Source of the DNA: Candidatus Collierbacteria bacterium UBA2277
Lineage (GTDB): Bacteria > Patescibacteriota > Microgenomatia > UBA1400 > MFAQ01
DNA: 64,000 bases
Assembly (NCBI GenBank): GCA_002347045.1
Contig: DDWV01000001.1
Location: 100,443-164,442 of the forward strand
Direction of reading: 5' to 3'
Position numbers and translations under genes: made by a program. A model generated the notes under the pieces. It was not told the DNA's origin. It saw only the letters and a list, made by a program, of their open reading frames with translations, and made no database searches. Below are positions 46,742 to 55,770 of the stretch, piece by piece. Each line of letters starts with the position of its first letter. Position 1 is the first letter of the stretch.

Positions 46742-46897
46742 CTAGCATGAAATATAGATGAGCGCTGCGATAAAAGTAATAATGCAGGTAATAAGGCCAA
46801 TGGCCATTGCTGCTAGTATATTTACCCCGAAACTAACTAATGACAATGCTGCTACTACAAGCCCGACAACTACAGCCAATCCAATGATAAATCCCAT
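46742..46897 (-). CDS. small hydrophobic membrane peptide (51 aa)
   Basis: Own translation: M(I)MGFIIGLAVVVGLVVAALSLVSFGVNILAAMAIGLITCIITFIAALIYISC. SD AAAGGAG upstream. A strong terminator lies downstream. It is not in the ORF track. Confidence 0.4.
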   Translation of the reverse strand: MGFIIGLAVVVGLVVAALSLVSFGVNILAAMAIGLITCIITFIAALIYISC

Positions 46898-47052
46898 GAT
46901 CATCTCCTTTTAAAGGTCTATTCCTCGAGACTAGTTGCCTCGAGAGTTAAGTTTTGATGTGGTAAATATAGCACAAAATCGATGAAATGTCAATATTATA
47001 GGGTTTCGAGACCATAAAAAAGGCACCCTTTTGGGGTGCCTGAGATAGATAC

Positions 47053-48069
47053 CTAGTTTACAATGTCTCCAAGGTTGATTGACCAGGGAGTTGCTCCTCC
47101 ATAATACAGGGTATATGGTCCCTTATTTGGAGTTACTGTAAATGCTATGGTGAACTTTGTGTAGTCACGATACTCGTAGAATTTCCATTCTGAGAAGTTG
47201 ATATCATCATCAATGATAAATAGGACGTTATCCTCTTGGATAGCTTTAACAACCGTCTCAAACGATTTGCCTACTTCAGTTCTCCCGTATACAAAGACTA
47301 CGATCTCTCCCCTTTCTGGAGTGACGAGATAGTCGCCAAGTGACACTGGAAAGTCGTAAGCTCCGATAGACTCGAATATTACTTCTACTCCATTGATATC
47401 AACAGGGGTCATTAGTTCATAAGACGGGGTTGATGGAGTTTTTGTAGCAGATAAATCGCTTAAGTTTACTGACCATGAATTTCCGAGTGAGTAGAAGAGA
47501 TAGAAAGGACCTTTGTCTGGATCAACATAAAATACAAAGGTAAACTCTGTGTCATTCCAGATACAGTTGTCCCAGTTGTAGTATGTAATAACATTTTTGT
47601 CGGCTACAAAGAGAGTGGTGTCACCAACGATACTATCGGACAATTTTTGAAAATCTCCTTCGTAGTGTCCACTTACCAGCATAACGACAGTACCCGGATA
47701 AGGAATCATGTTTGTATCACCAACCATAACAGAGCCTTTGAAAAACTCGACAGAGTCAAAGGTTATTGCCGTCTCTCCTATGAAATAAACCCTTTTATCT
47801 TGAGGTTTTTGTGGTTCAGGTTTATTAGGTACGGTAGCTTCGGTAGGCAGAATAGTTTCTGAAGGAGGGGTTAAGGTGGGATATGGCGTGTAGGTGGGAA
47901 GAGGTTTCTGTGTAGGTACGGTAGCTTCGGTAGGTAATACAATATTTGTTGGAACTGCCGTCTGTGTTTTTTTAAAGGCCTTTTCGATAAGCCTGTTTGA
48001 GGTGCCACATCCTAAAAGGAACATCAATGCTAGAACAACAAATGTGAACCTTGTGCGTATATTTTTCAC
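47053..48069 (-). CDS. lipoprotein, unknown function (Pro/Thr-rich linker, tandem internal repeats)
   Basis: Lipobox …MFLLGCGTS. Repeated PTEATVP segments. Two similar C-terminal beta-rich halves. Confidence 0.5.
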   Translation of the reverse strand: MKNIRTRFTFVVLALMFLLGCGTSNRLIEKAFKKTQTAVPTNIVLPTEATVPTQKPLPTYTPYPTLTPPSETILPTEATVPNKPEPQKPQDKRVYFIGETAITFDSVEFFKGSVMVGDTNMIPYPGTVVMLVSGHYEGDFQKLSDSIVGDTTLFVADKNVITYYNWDNCIWNDTEFTFVFYVDPDKGPFYLFYSLGNSWSVNLSDLSATKTPSTPSYELMTPVDINGVEVIFESIGAYDFPVSLGDYLVTPERGEIVVFVYGRTEVGKSFETVVKAIQEDNVLFIIDDDINFSEWKFYEYRDYTKFTIAFTVTPNKGPYTLYYGGATPWSINLGDIVN

Positions 48070-48240
48070 GAATCTCCTTTTTTGTGAATGAGCTGTTTTA
48101 ATTTAGCCATGAGAATCGGCAAAATCTTTGAGGCTAGTATATGGCTAAGTTACAAATGTGTCAATAAGAAATGTGCACTTTAATACAAAATACGTTACCA
48201 TTCCCCTTTAGGTTATTTTTGAGTTAAAATATGTTTGCAT

Positions 48241-48324
48241 GCCGGGGTGGTGAAATGGTAGCCACGCGGGACTTAAAATCCCGTTCCCTTTAAAGGAGTG
48301 CGGGTTCGATTCCCGCCCCCGGCA
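48241..48324 (+). tRNA. tRNA-Leu (anticodon TAA)
   Basis: Manual fold: GCCGGGG acceptor, anticodon stem CGGGA/TCCCG with loop CTTAAAA, long variable arm, T arm GCGGG-TTCGATT-CCCGC. Confidence 0.88.
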
Positions 48325-48369
48325 CTTTTTGAGTATATTTTGCTTTTGTCGGTTAAAATATATCCATAT

Positions 48370-48443
<74 letters not shown>

Positions 48444-48646
48444 CAAATTATTTGTTCTAGGTTATAGCATTTCCATATATGTTTAATTGAATCTTAGTAG
48501 CTTGAGATTGGATTGTGCGTGATGGTGTATAATGAAATTTGATTTTGATTCTGTTTTCTGAACAATCTCACATTTTATTTTGGTTCAAGTGATGATTTGA
48601 TTCTTTTTTAAGAGTTTACTTGTGCCCCCGCTTGATTATCTTATAT

Positions 48647-49804
48647 ATGAATAACGAAAACGTTTTTGACGTGTTAATAGTCTACTCAGGTGTTATTGCA
48701 AGGAGTGCTGCTAAGCAATCTACAAATATACGACACCCTTTTTCAAACTCTTCCCGAAGAGCAAATTATAATGATGCCTACGCATATCTTTTGAAGATGT
48801 GTAAAAAGCAGGGCTTGAAAGCTGCTTTTAGTATCTCAAGCGACATTATTGGAGCTGGTACGTGTGATAGTTATTGGCTGTTTGAAGACGAGAAATGGAA
48901 ACGAATCATTGAGCATTGTTACTCTCGTCAGATATTTGATAAATTTTCTCCAGTAAGCAAAAAAAGAAAGATGCAACGAGAACTTCTTTTTTCTTCTGAA
49001 CTTGTTCAGCCTTTCAACGATCCAGTGTTAGCATCGCTGTTTTTTGATAAGCTAAAAACTTTTGAGACATTATCTACCTATGCTATTCCTACAGTAGCTA
49101 TAGTTAACACTGACAAATTCAGTATTGAAAAATCAATTCGTAAATTACGTAGGATTACGAGAAATCACACTTGTCATGACGACTTTACAAGAGACATAAT
49201 CTTAAAAGATAGATTTGGTGCAGGTGGAAACAATATCTATAGAATATCTAAAAACTATACAAGAGAGATTGGCTTAATTTTAGAAAAAAATAAGAGAGTC
49301 ACGTTTATTTTGCAACCGTTTACTCTTTTTGATTCTGGATACTCTTATAAAGGGCATTCTGAGGCTACAGATATTCGTTTGATATATCAAAATGGAAATA
49401 TTATTCAAACATATATCCGAATGGCAAAGATAAATGATTTTCGTTGTAACGAACATCAGGGCGGATCGCTAGTGTACGTAAACAGAAAAGATATTCCAAA
49501 AAAAGTTTTTCAGATCTCTGAACATATTACAAAAGAGCTTGATAAAAATAACTCTCTTTTTGCTTTGGATTTTATTGTTAGCAACAATGGGAACGTATAT
49601 TTTTTGGAAGGAAATATTGGACCTGGACTTGATTGGAATTTATCTCTAAAGAAGAACGAGCGTTTGTCCAAAAAGCTTATCAGAGGTATCGTAAATGAAC
49701 TATCGGTTCGCAGTTCAAGAATTCGTTTGGAGCGTGGTATTGAGTGTGAGGTAGGTAGTTACGATCTAAACTTGCCCATGGTCTCTGTTGGAAACATTTA
49801 CTAA
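48647..49804 (+). CDS. ATP-grasp-fold enzyme (RimK/ligase-like), orphan
   Basis: …ILKDRFGAGGNNIYRI… (Gly-rich ATP-binding loop) and …ALDFIVSNNGNVYFLEGNIGPGL… (catalytic loop typical of ATP-grasp). The start could be the TTG at 48620. Confidence 0.45.
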   Translation: MNNENVFDVLIVYSGVIARSAAKQSTNIRHPFSNSSRRANYNDAYAYLLKMCKKQGLKAAFSISSDIIGAGTCDSYWLFEDEKWKRIIEHCYSRQIFDKFSPVSKKRKMQRELLFSSELVQPFNDPVLASLFFDKLKTFETLSTYAIPTVAIVNTDKFSIEKSIRKLRRITRNHTCHDDFTRDIILKDRFGAGGNNIYRISKNYTREIGLILEKNKRVTFILQPFTLFDSGYSYKGHSEATDIRLIYQNGNIIQTYIRMAKINDFRCNEHQGGSLVYVNRKDIPKKVFQISEHITKELDKNNSLFALDFIVSNNGNVYFLEGNIGPGLDWNLSLKKNERLSKKLIRGIVNELSVRSSRIRLERGIECEVGSYDLNLPMVSVGNIY

Positions 49805-49808
49805 TTAG

Positions 49809-51635
49809 TTAGTAGATGTTTTTGAGTTCTTCTCTGTGTCTTCGTCTCTCAATACTTGTGAGATACTTTTTACGCAGCCTTAGGCTTTTTGGTGTTATTT
49901 CTAGTAGTTCGTCGGACTCTAGGAAATCTAAACACTGTTCGAGAGAGTATTTAGTGGCTGGAACCAACTGAATCACTCCATCGCTTGATTTGGAGCGCAT
50001 GTTGGTTAGCTTCTTTCCTTTTGCGGCATTTATTTCTATATCTTCTTCTTTAGAGTTCATTCCGATAACTTGTCCTTCATATATTTTTTCACCAGCTTCA
50101 ACAAAGGTAATGCCTCGTTCCTGAGCGGCCTGAAGGCCATAGGAAAGAGCTTCGCCCGAGTTTGAAGCTATCAGTGCCCCCCGACGCATTTTTGGAAGTG
50201 GAGCGCTAACTGGTTGGAACTCTAAGAATTGTGAGTTGAAGATGACAGTGCCCTTTGTGGCAGTAAGAAGAAGGGATCTTAGTCCAAGAATCGTGCGAGT
50301 AGGCATTTGGTAGACAAATTCCATTTCTTGTTCATTTATTGGCTCCATTCGAATAAGGTGGCCAAGTCTTTTCCCGATTTCTTGAGTAATAGTACCCAGG
50401 AATTCTTGAGGAGCAATGATATTTACTTCTTCAACCGGTTCGCACTTATTTTCGTTTATTGTTTTGTAGATTACTTCTGGTTTTCCGACTTCTACTTCGT
50501 ATCCTTCGCGACGTAAAGTTTCTAAGAGAACAGCAAGATGCAACTCCCCTTTTCCAGAGACTTTATATTTTCCACTTTCTAGCTTTTCTAGCTTTAGTGA
50601 CAAATTTGTTTCTAGTTCGTGAGCCAGTCTTTCTTCAATCTGTCTAGCTGTAGTAAACTCTCCTTCCTGTCCGTTTAGAGGTGAGGTGTTTGGCCCGACA
50701 GTTACATGAAGAGTAGGTTCTGTGATTACTGCACAAGGAAGCGGTTCTGAGTCCCCAAGCGTGGATAAGGTTTGACCAATTTTTGCATCTGTAAGGCCAG
50801 TGAGAGCCACGATGTCGCCTGCTTTGGCTTCAGAAACTTCACTTCGTTTAAGTCCGACAGATAGATATACTTTGTCAATTTGACAGGCTTTTATTGTGTC
50901 CCCTATCAATATTACTTTTTGGCCTGTTTTTACTGCGCCCCGATAGATTTTTCCAACCATGATCCTACCTAAATGTGAGTTGTAGTCTAGAGATGATATG
51001 AGCATTTTGAAGGGTCCGTCCTCTTCGTTTTTGGGTGCGTTGATGTAGTTTATGACTTCATCAAGAAGTGGAATTACATTCCCAGGTTCATTAAAGTCGG
51101 ATGGAGGTGTTTTGAATACTTTTCCGCTCTTGCCTACAGCGTATAGAGTTGGATACTCAAGCTGTTCATCTTTGTTTGCTAGTTCCAGGAATAAGTTGCC
51201 TATTTTGTGTTCGGTAGCCGAGATGTTGGCATTTGGCTTATCTATTTTATTGATGACAACGATCACTTTTAGATTCAGTTCAAATGCTTTTTTAAGTACA
51301 AATCGAGTTTGGGGCATGGGTCCTTCTTGTGCGTCTACAATTAGCAATGCTCCATCAGCCATACCAAGAGTGCGTTCTACCTCTCCAGAGAAATCCGAGT
51401 GACCAGGAGTATCTATAATGTTTATTTTTGTTCCTTTATAGTTAACGGAGATGTTTTTGGCTAGAATTGTGATGCCTCTTTCTTTTTCTAACTCATTGCT
51501 ATCGAGGAGACATGTTTCAGTCATCTCATCTTCATTGTCTCTGAAGATATTAGATTGCTTGATGAAAGCATCAATTAGAGTAGTTTTGCCGTGATCAACG
51601 TGGGCAATGACAGCAATGTTTCTTATGTTTAACAT
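49809..51635 (-). CDS. typA: translational GTPase TypA/BipA
   Basis: IRNIAVIAHVDHGKTTL (G1), DTPGHSDF (G3), NKID (G4). 608 aa. Confidence 0.95.
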   Translation of the reverse strand: MLNIRNIAVIAHVDHGKTTLIDAFIKQSNIFRDNEDEMTETCLLDSNELEKERGITILAKNISVNYKGTKINIIDTPGHSDFSGEVERTLGMADGALLIVDAQEGPMPQTRFVLKKAFELNLKVIVVINKIDKPNANISATEHKIGNLFLELANKDEQLEYPTLYAVGKSGKVFKTPPSDFNEPGNVIPLLDEVINYINAPKNEEDGPFKMLISSLDYNSHLGRIMVGKIYRGAVKTGQKVILIGDTIKACQIDKVYLSVGLKRSEVSEAKAGDIVALTGLTDAKIGQTLSTLGDSEPLPCAVITEPTLHVTVGPNTSPLNGQEGEFTTARQIEERLAHELETNLSLKLEKLESGKYKVSGKGELHLAVLLETLRREGYEVEVGKPEVIYKTINENKCEPVEEVNIIAPQEFLGTITQEIGKRLGHLIRMEPINEQEMEFVYQMPTRTILGLRSLLLTATKGTVIFNSQFLEFQPVSAPLPKMRRGALIASNSGEALSYGLQAAQERGITFVEAGEKIYEGQVIGMNSKEEDIEINAAKGKKLTNMRSKSSDGVIQLVPATKYSLEQCLDFLESDELLEITPKSLRLRKKYLTSIERRRHREELKNIY

Positions 51636-51710
51636 ATTTATGAATTAGACGCCTTGAAATCTAGGCAGAGATAACCTGATTATTATACACCCTATAGCTT
51701 GAGTGTGCTA

Positions 51711-52154
51711 CTACTTGCCGAACTTGGGTGATAGTTTAATTAGTCGAGCCGAGTATACGATTTGTCTTACCTCGCCATCTTCACTCTCAATTTGATCGGT
51801 GTCAGCAATTTTTTGGTACTCCTGAAGGTACCCAGATAGAGCGTTTTTTAGTTCTTTCAGCTCTTGTCGCATGTCTTTGATTTTCTGATTTAAGGACGCG
51901 TTTGATGGGGATTTTAGGACGTTTTGCTTTGCTTCAGCTTTCTTTTTGTTTACCTCTTTGCCTTCTTCTGAGGCCTCTTTGTATCCTAAGTCATTACTTA
52001 GGATATCGTTCATCATTTCGTTTTGCTTACTTAGCTCAGTTTTTACTGTTTCAATATGTGAAATGTGAGACTTTATAAGATTTTCAACTGTAAAAAGACT
52101 TGTTACTTCTTTGTTTGTTCCGTCTGGTAATGTTGTTTGTGTTGGTTCTTCCAT
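51711..52154 (-). CDS. hypothetical coiled-coil protein
   Basis: ORF only, with charged heptad-like repeats. Confidence 0.4.
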   Translation of the reverse strand: MEEPTQTTLPDGTNKEVTSLFTVENLIKSHISHIETVKTELSKQNEMMNDILSNDLGYKEASEEGKEVNKKKAEAKQNVLKSPSNASLNQKIKDMRQELKELKNALSGYLQEYQKIADTDQIESEDGEVRQIVYSARLIKLSPKFGK

Positions 52155-52159
52155 GGTTT

Positions 52160-53098
52160 TTATGGTTTATAACTAGGATATTTGGTTTTGATTTGTTTAA
52201 TTACATAATCTGCTAGTGTATGAATTTCTTCGTTTGTGAAAGAAGATTTAATAATAACAGTATTCTCTGAGTTTAGAATACTAAGAAATTTTTGTTTTTC
52301 ATTTTCTGAAAAGACCTTGTTTCTTTCTCTGGTGTCTAAATGGGCAAGCTCTTCGTTGGAGACAGTTTTGCCAATTGAGTTTTCAAGCCCTTCCGGTGAA
52401 ATGTCCATATCGTGGTGAACAATGAGGTATTTTATTAATTTTTTTGAAACGACTACCTTTTTTTTATTTTTTCCAAATTCAGGAAGCCCTCTACTGTCCC
52501 CGTCTTCTAAATCATTTAACTTTCTAGCTACAGAATGGAGAGTTGCTTCGAAACCTGAATCTGCAAGTTGTTGAAATTTTCTTTTGTTTAGTTGTCGTGA
52601 TGTTGTAATCTCTACAACACCATCAATGACAACATTGTCTTCGTCATCAATCCTAAGACAAGCTACGTCAGGATTTCTGCCCTTGTGCCATTCTAGACCA
52701 AATCGGTCAGGATTGTTCGTTACTTGTAAAATTTTATTTTCGTAGTTTTCTATGGCTTCTATGTGCTCTTTCCTTTTATCAGTTTTAAATTCGGGAAAAG
52801 TGTTTTTAACTTGTATCGTGGCTAGACACTCATTAATAAACCCTGTTAACATAGTAAAGTCGCTAGATTCGTTTAATTTATCTGAAGGTATACCTTCAGA
52901 GTATTTGTCCCGTATCGTTTTTTCTGACAGTAGATGCCCATAGGCTTGTTCGATAAAATTTTTTGGGAGCTCTTTAAGAATATGGACCTGCTCCCTCATT
53001 CTCATATTATCTAAACCTTGTTTGGCTTTTATTTCATAAAAAAACTGTTCTCCAATACTTGGAGTTTGATACATCTCTGGTGAACTTCCTTCAGGCAT
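52160..53098 (-). CDS. hypothetical protein (312 aa), unknown family
   Basis: ORF only. Its stop lies 5 nt from the upstream gene's start, so the two are likely co-transcribed. Confidence 0.4.
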   Translation of the reverse strand: MPEGSSPEMYQTPSIGEQFFYEIKAKQGLDNMRMREQVHILKELPKNFIEQAYGHLLSEKTIRDKYSEGIPSDKLNESSDFTMLTGFINECLATIQVKNTFPEFKTDKRKEHIEAIENYENKILQVTNNPDRFGLEWHKGRNPDVACLRIDDEDNVVIDGVVEITTSRQLNKRKFQQLADSGFEATLHSVARKLNDLEDGDSRGLPEFGKNKKKVVVSKKLIKYLIVHHDMDISPEGLENSIGKTVSNEELAHLDTRERNKVFSENEKQKFLSILNSENTVIIKSSFTNEEIHTLADYVIKQIKTKYPSYKP

Positions 53099-53215
53099 GA
53101 GTTTAATATATATACAAATATTGGTATGTTCAAGTGCTTGTTCTTGATTATCATTTACTTTGAGCTTTATATATTATTGAGGCTTATCTGGTAAAATATA
53201 CCAGTACTTTTAATT

Positions 53216-53299
53216 GCCGAGGTGGCGAAATGGTAGACGCACTACCTTGAGGTGGTAGCGCCCGTTAACGGCGTGGAGGTTCAAGTCCTCTCCTCGGCA
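53216..53299 (+). tRNA. tRNA-Leu (anticodon GAG)
   Basis: Manual fold: GCCGAGG acceptor, anticodon stem CTACC/GGTAG with loop TTGAGGT, long variable arm, T arm GGAGG-TTCAAGT-CCTCT. Confidence 0.85.
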
Positions 53300-53316
53300 C
53301 AATGTTTGGTTCTCTG

Positions 53317-53390
53317 GGCCGCTTAGCTCAGTTGGTTAGAGCGCATCGTTTACATCGATGATGTCGGGGGTTCGACTCCCTCAGCGGCCA
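53317..53390 (+). tRNA. tRNA-Val (anticodon TAC)
   Basis: Manual fold: GGCCGCT acceptor, anticodon stem CATCG/CGATG with loop TTTACAT, T arm GGGGG-TTCGACT-CCCTC. Confidence 0.85.
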
Positions 53391-53511
53391 CAATAAGGTC
53401 TATATTTGTCCTTGTGGTGAGTATAGAACTTAGTAATATAAGGAATCGAAATATACCTGTGTAAAAATTGGGTTTGTTATCGAGAAAATGTACTTTATAA
53501 TAGTTTTGAAT

Positions 53512-53584
53512 GCCAAGCTAGCCAAGGTGGTCACGGCGCGAGTCTGAAAAACTTGAGATTGAGGTTCAACTCCTCAGCTTGGCA
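53512..53584 (+). tRNA. tRNA-Phe (anticodon GAA)
   Basis: Manual fold: GCCAAGC acceptor, anticodon stem CGAGT/ACTTG (one G-U) with loop CTGAAAA, T arm TGAGG-TTCAACT-CCTCA. Confidence 0.75.
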
Positions 53585-53607
53585 CATTTGTGTATATTAG
53601 TCATATT

Positions 53608-53681
53608 GCGGGAATAGCTCAGTTGGCTAGAGCGTCTCCTTGCCAAGGAGAAGGTCGAGGGTTCGAGTCCCTTTTCCCGCT
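53608..53681 (+). tRNA. tRNA-Gly (anticodon GCC)
   Basis: Manual fold: GCGGGAA acceptor, anticodon stem TCTCC/GGAGA with loop TTGCCAA, T arm GAGGG-TTCGAGT-CCCTT. Confidence 0.88.
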
Positions 53682-53818
53682 CAATAGTTTGTATTTTCTC
53701 CCATTCTCTTTATTTTTTGAGCCTAGTATGATATACTATCGGTCTCGTTGAACATTTAAATTTAACTTGCCTTTAGATTGGTCTATTGGCAAAACATAGG
53801 AGAATGAAGGGAGAGGAA

Positions 53819-54658
53819 ATGAAAAGGAATACATTGAATAAAATTTTGGGTATTGGTTTTGTTGTTCTATTTCTGACATATATGTCATATCTCTTGTATG
53901 CCAATCAGAATAGGCCGAAAGCTGTTGAAGTTCCAGTTACCGTCCTCGAGATGGTTGATATTGGCGATGCGTATGTTCCAAATTATCCTGTTTCATCGCC
54001 TGACCTGATTTCTGAGTATTGGGATTTATATACACTCAGAATGACCAGGGATTATCCATATGAAATGAGTGTTTCGAAGTATGGAAACCCGCGGGACAAC
54101 AGTACTTATCAAGGTAAATGCCAAACGCTTCTGGAGAATTATCCTTACTGGAGCTCAAATGTTACAACCTACAAGTCTCTGTTCCACGCTTGTACGGGTG
54201 AAGACCCACAAGAGAACTCTATTGGATATCTGTGGAGCCTATATGGAATGGGCACTGGAGGAGTATGGACAAATGGAAGTAACTCACCCAGTGATTGGGT
54301 TGTTGATGCTATGACTTTTACCGACCAGCCTCCAAACTCGGTAGTCCTTGGAGTGTTAACTCCGTGTGACGAATCATACCCTGAGTTGATGAGGGGTATG
54401 AAGATCGAGAATGTATTTCCTGCTAGAGAGGATTTTTCAACTCTGTATAACAGGCTCTATTACGACAATGAGGTCGGATTAGAGATCTCATTCTCATATA
54501 ATGGCGAAGTTCGGTCTTCGACACTGTCATTACTTGAGGGAAGTTTTTTCGGTTTCATTGAGTCCGATTTGTTTTTTCCCCAGGAGTGGGATGTGCGAGA
54601 TAATGAGCCGATGGAAATCGGCACGATCTACCTGTATAAGGTAGAAGGTTGTCGTTAG
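53819..54658 (+). CDS. hypothetical membrane-anchored/secreted protein
   Basis: N-terminal signal anchor MKRNTLNKILGIGFVVLFL…. Start chosen at the ATG at 53819, downstream of GGGAGAGG. The track ORF begins at 53786. Confidence 0.45.
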   Translation: MKRNTLNKILGIGFVVLFLTYMSYLLYANQNRPKAVEVPVTVLEMVDIGDAYVPNYPVSSPDLISEYWDLYTLRMTRDYPYEMSVSKYGNPRDNSTYQGKCQTLLENYPYWSSNVTTYKSLFHACTGEDPQENSIGYLWSLYGMGTGGVWTNGSNSPSDWVVDAMTFTDQPPNSVVLGVLTPCDESYPELMRGMKIENVFPAREDFSTLYNRLYYDNEVGLEISFSYNGEVRSSTLSLLEGSFFGFIESDLFFPQEWDVRDNEPMEIGTIYLYKVEGCR

Positions 54659-54666
54659 TTTTTCTG

Positions 54667-54698
54667 AGCCCTCCTTAACCGGAGGGCTTTTTATTTTT
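54667..54698 (+). terminator. rho-independent terminator (AGCCCTCC-TTAACC-GGAGGGCT + TTTTTATTTTT)
   Basis: Strong GC hairpin plus T-run. Confidence 0.75.
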
Positions 54699-54726
54699 CC
54701 TGTAAGCACGGTATAATAGTTGGACT

Positions 54727-55575
54727 GTGATAACTGATGGAAATACACAAGAGGAATTTGAGAAGTTTTTGATCTCTGAGTATTTTAGTTGTGGATCAAT
54801 AAACAAAGTTTTTCAAAAACATCATTATAGTTTGCCTATTTCTTTTGCTGGGTATGATAGGGTTTTGACTCGATATGGTGTTGTTAAGTCTGCTGGTCCA
54901 AATTCAAAACTTTCTGAGTCTTTATATCTATTAAGTTTTTTAGCAAGTTATAAAATTCCTTTAGAACGAGCCTATCATAAGTTTGCCCCAAAGACTTTTC
55001 AGGTGTCTTCAAATACACTACACAGGATTCTTCATTACACTCGACTGGGTATGACTCGTCGCCAGGGTATAGCTTTAATAATATCGAGACAAGATAAACA
55101 AGAATGTGTTCTAATTGGTAAAGATATGAGCTTATCAGATAAAAATCTTGGAAAAATTGGTGACTTTTCTTTGCCAATGGGATACTCAAAAATTGGTGAG
55201 TCTCCGAGAGAATCCATTCTAAGAGTTTTGCAGAATGAGGTCTTTACAGATATGGTAATTTCTAGACAGTTTCCGTTTGAAGTTGTACCTGAACATATTA
55301 AGCCTACGATGTATGTAAACATTGCTGATATTTGTGTTTCGGTATACAGGCTTGAGATTCCAAGTTCTTTGAAAAAGTTTTCTAGCTTTAAGATAAGAGA
55401 TCTAAAGTATAGAAATATCAATAAATTGTCAAAATATTCGTTTCGTGCCGGTGTAGCGGAGATCCTTGATGCCTACAAGAATATTGATAAGATTTCTATT
55501 GACAATGAAGCTTTAGTGTTTAATTCTGATTTAAATATGAGAATTTACGCACTGGCAAAACAGCCAATAGAGTAG
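54727..55575 (+). CDS. hypothetical protein with a degenerate Nudix-like box (GTG start)
   Basis: …GYSKIGESPRESILRVLQNEVF resembles Gx5Ex7REUxEExGU with RE to RV and EE to NE substitutions. Tentative. Confidence 0.3.
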   Translation: MITDGNTQEEFEKFLISEYFSCGSINKVFQKHHYSLPISFAGYDRVLTRYGVVKSAGPNSKLSESLYLLSFLASYKIPLERAYHKFAPKTFQVSSNTLHRILHYTRLGMTRRQGIALIISRQDKQECVLIGKDMSLSDKNLGKIGDFSLPMGYSKIGESPRESILRVLQNEVFTDMVISRQFPFEVVPEHIKPTMYVNIADICVSVYRLEIPSSLKKFSSFKIRDLKYRNINKLSKYSFRAGVAEILDAYKNIDKISIDNEALVFNSDLNMRIYALAKQPIE

Positions 55576-55612
55576 TTATAGTTCATCTTGTTGTAAAATA
55601 TAGACTCAGTAT

Positions 55613-55685
55613 TGCCGAGTCGTCTAGTGGTAGGACGCCTCCCTTTGAAGGAGGATATCCTAGGTTCGAATCCTAGCTCGGCAAC
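55613..55685 (+). tRNA. tRNA-Gln (anticodon TTG)
   Basis: Manual fold: TGCCGAG acceptor, anticodon stem CCTCC/GGAGG with loop CTTTGAA, T arm CTAGG-TTCGAAT-CCTAG. Confidence 0.85.
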
Positions 55686-55770
55686 ATCAATTATTTCTAT
55701 GTTTTTACTGAGGTCAGTATCGAAATGTATAGGTAAAGAACTGGGGAGGTCTTTTCTTATATACATATCT

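Noticed and set aside
53099-53215. Promoter for the four-tRNA cluster (TAAAAT at about 53200)
   Set aside because: A -10-like hexamer is present, but no acceptable -35 at 16-18 bp spacing. It is left unannotated.
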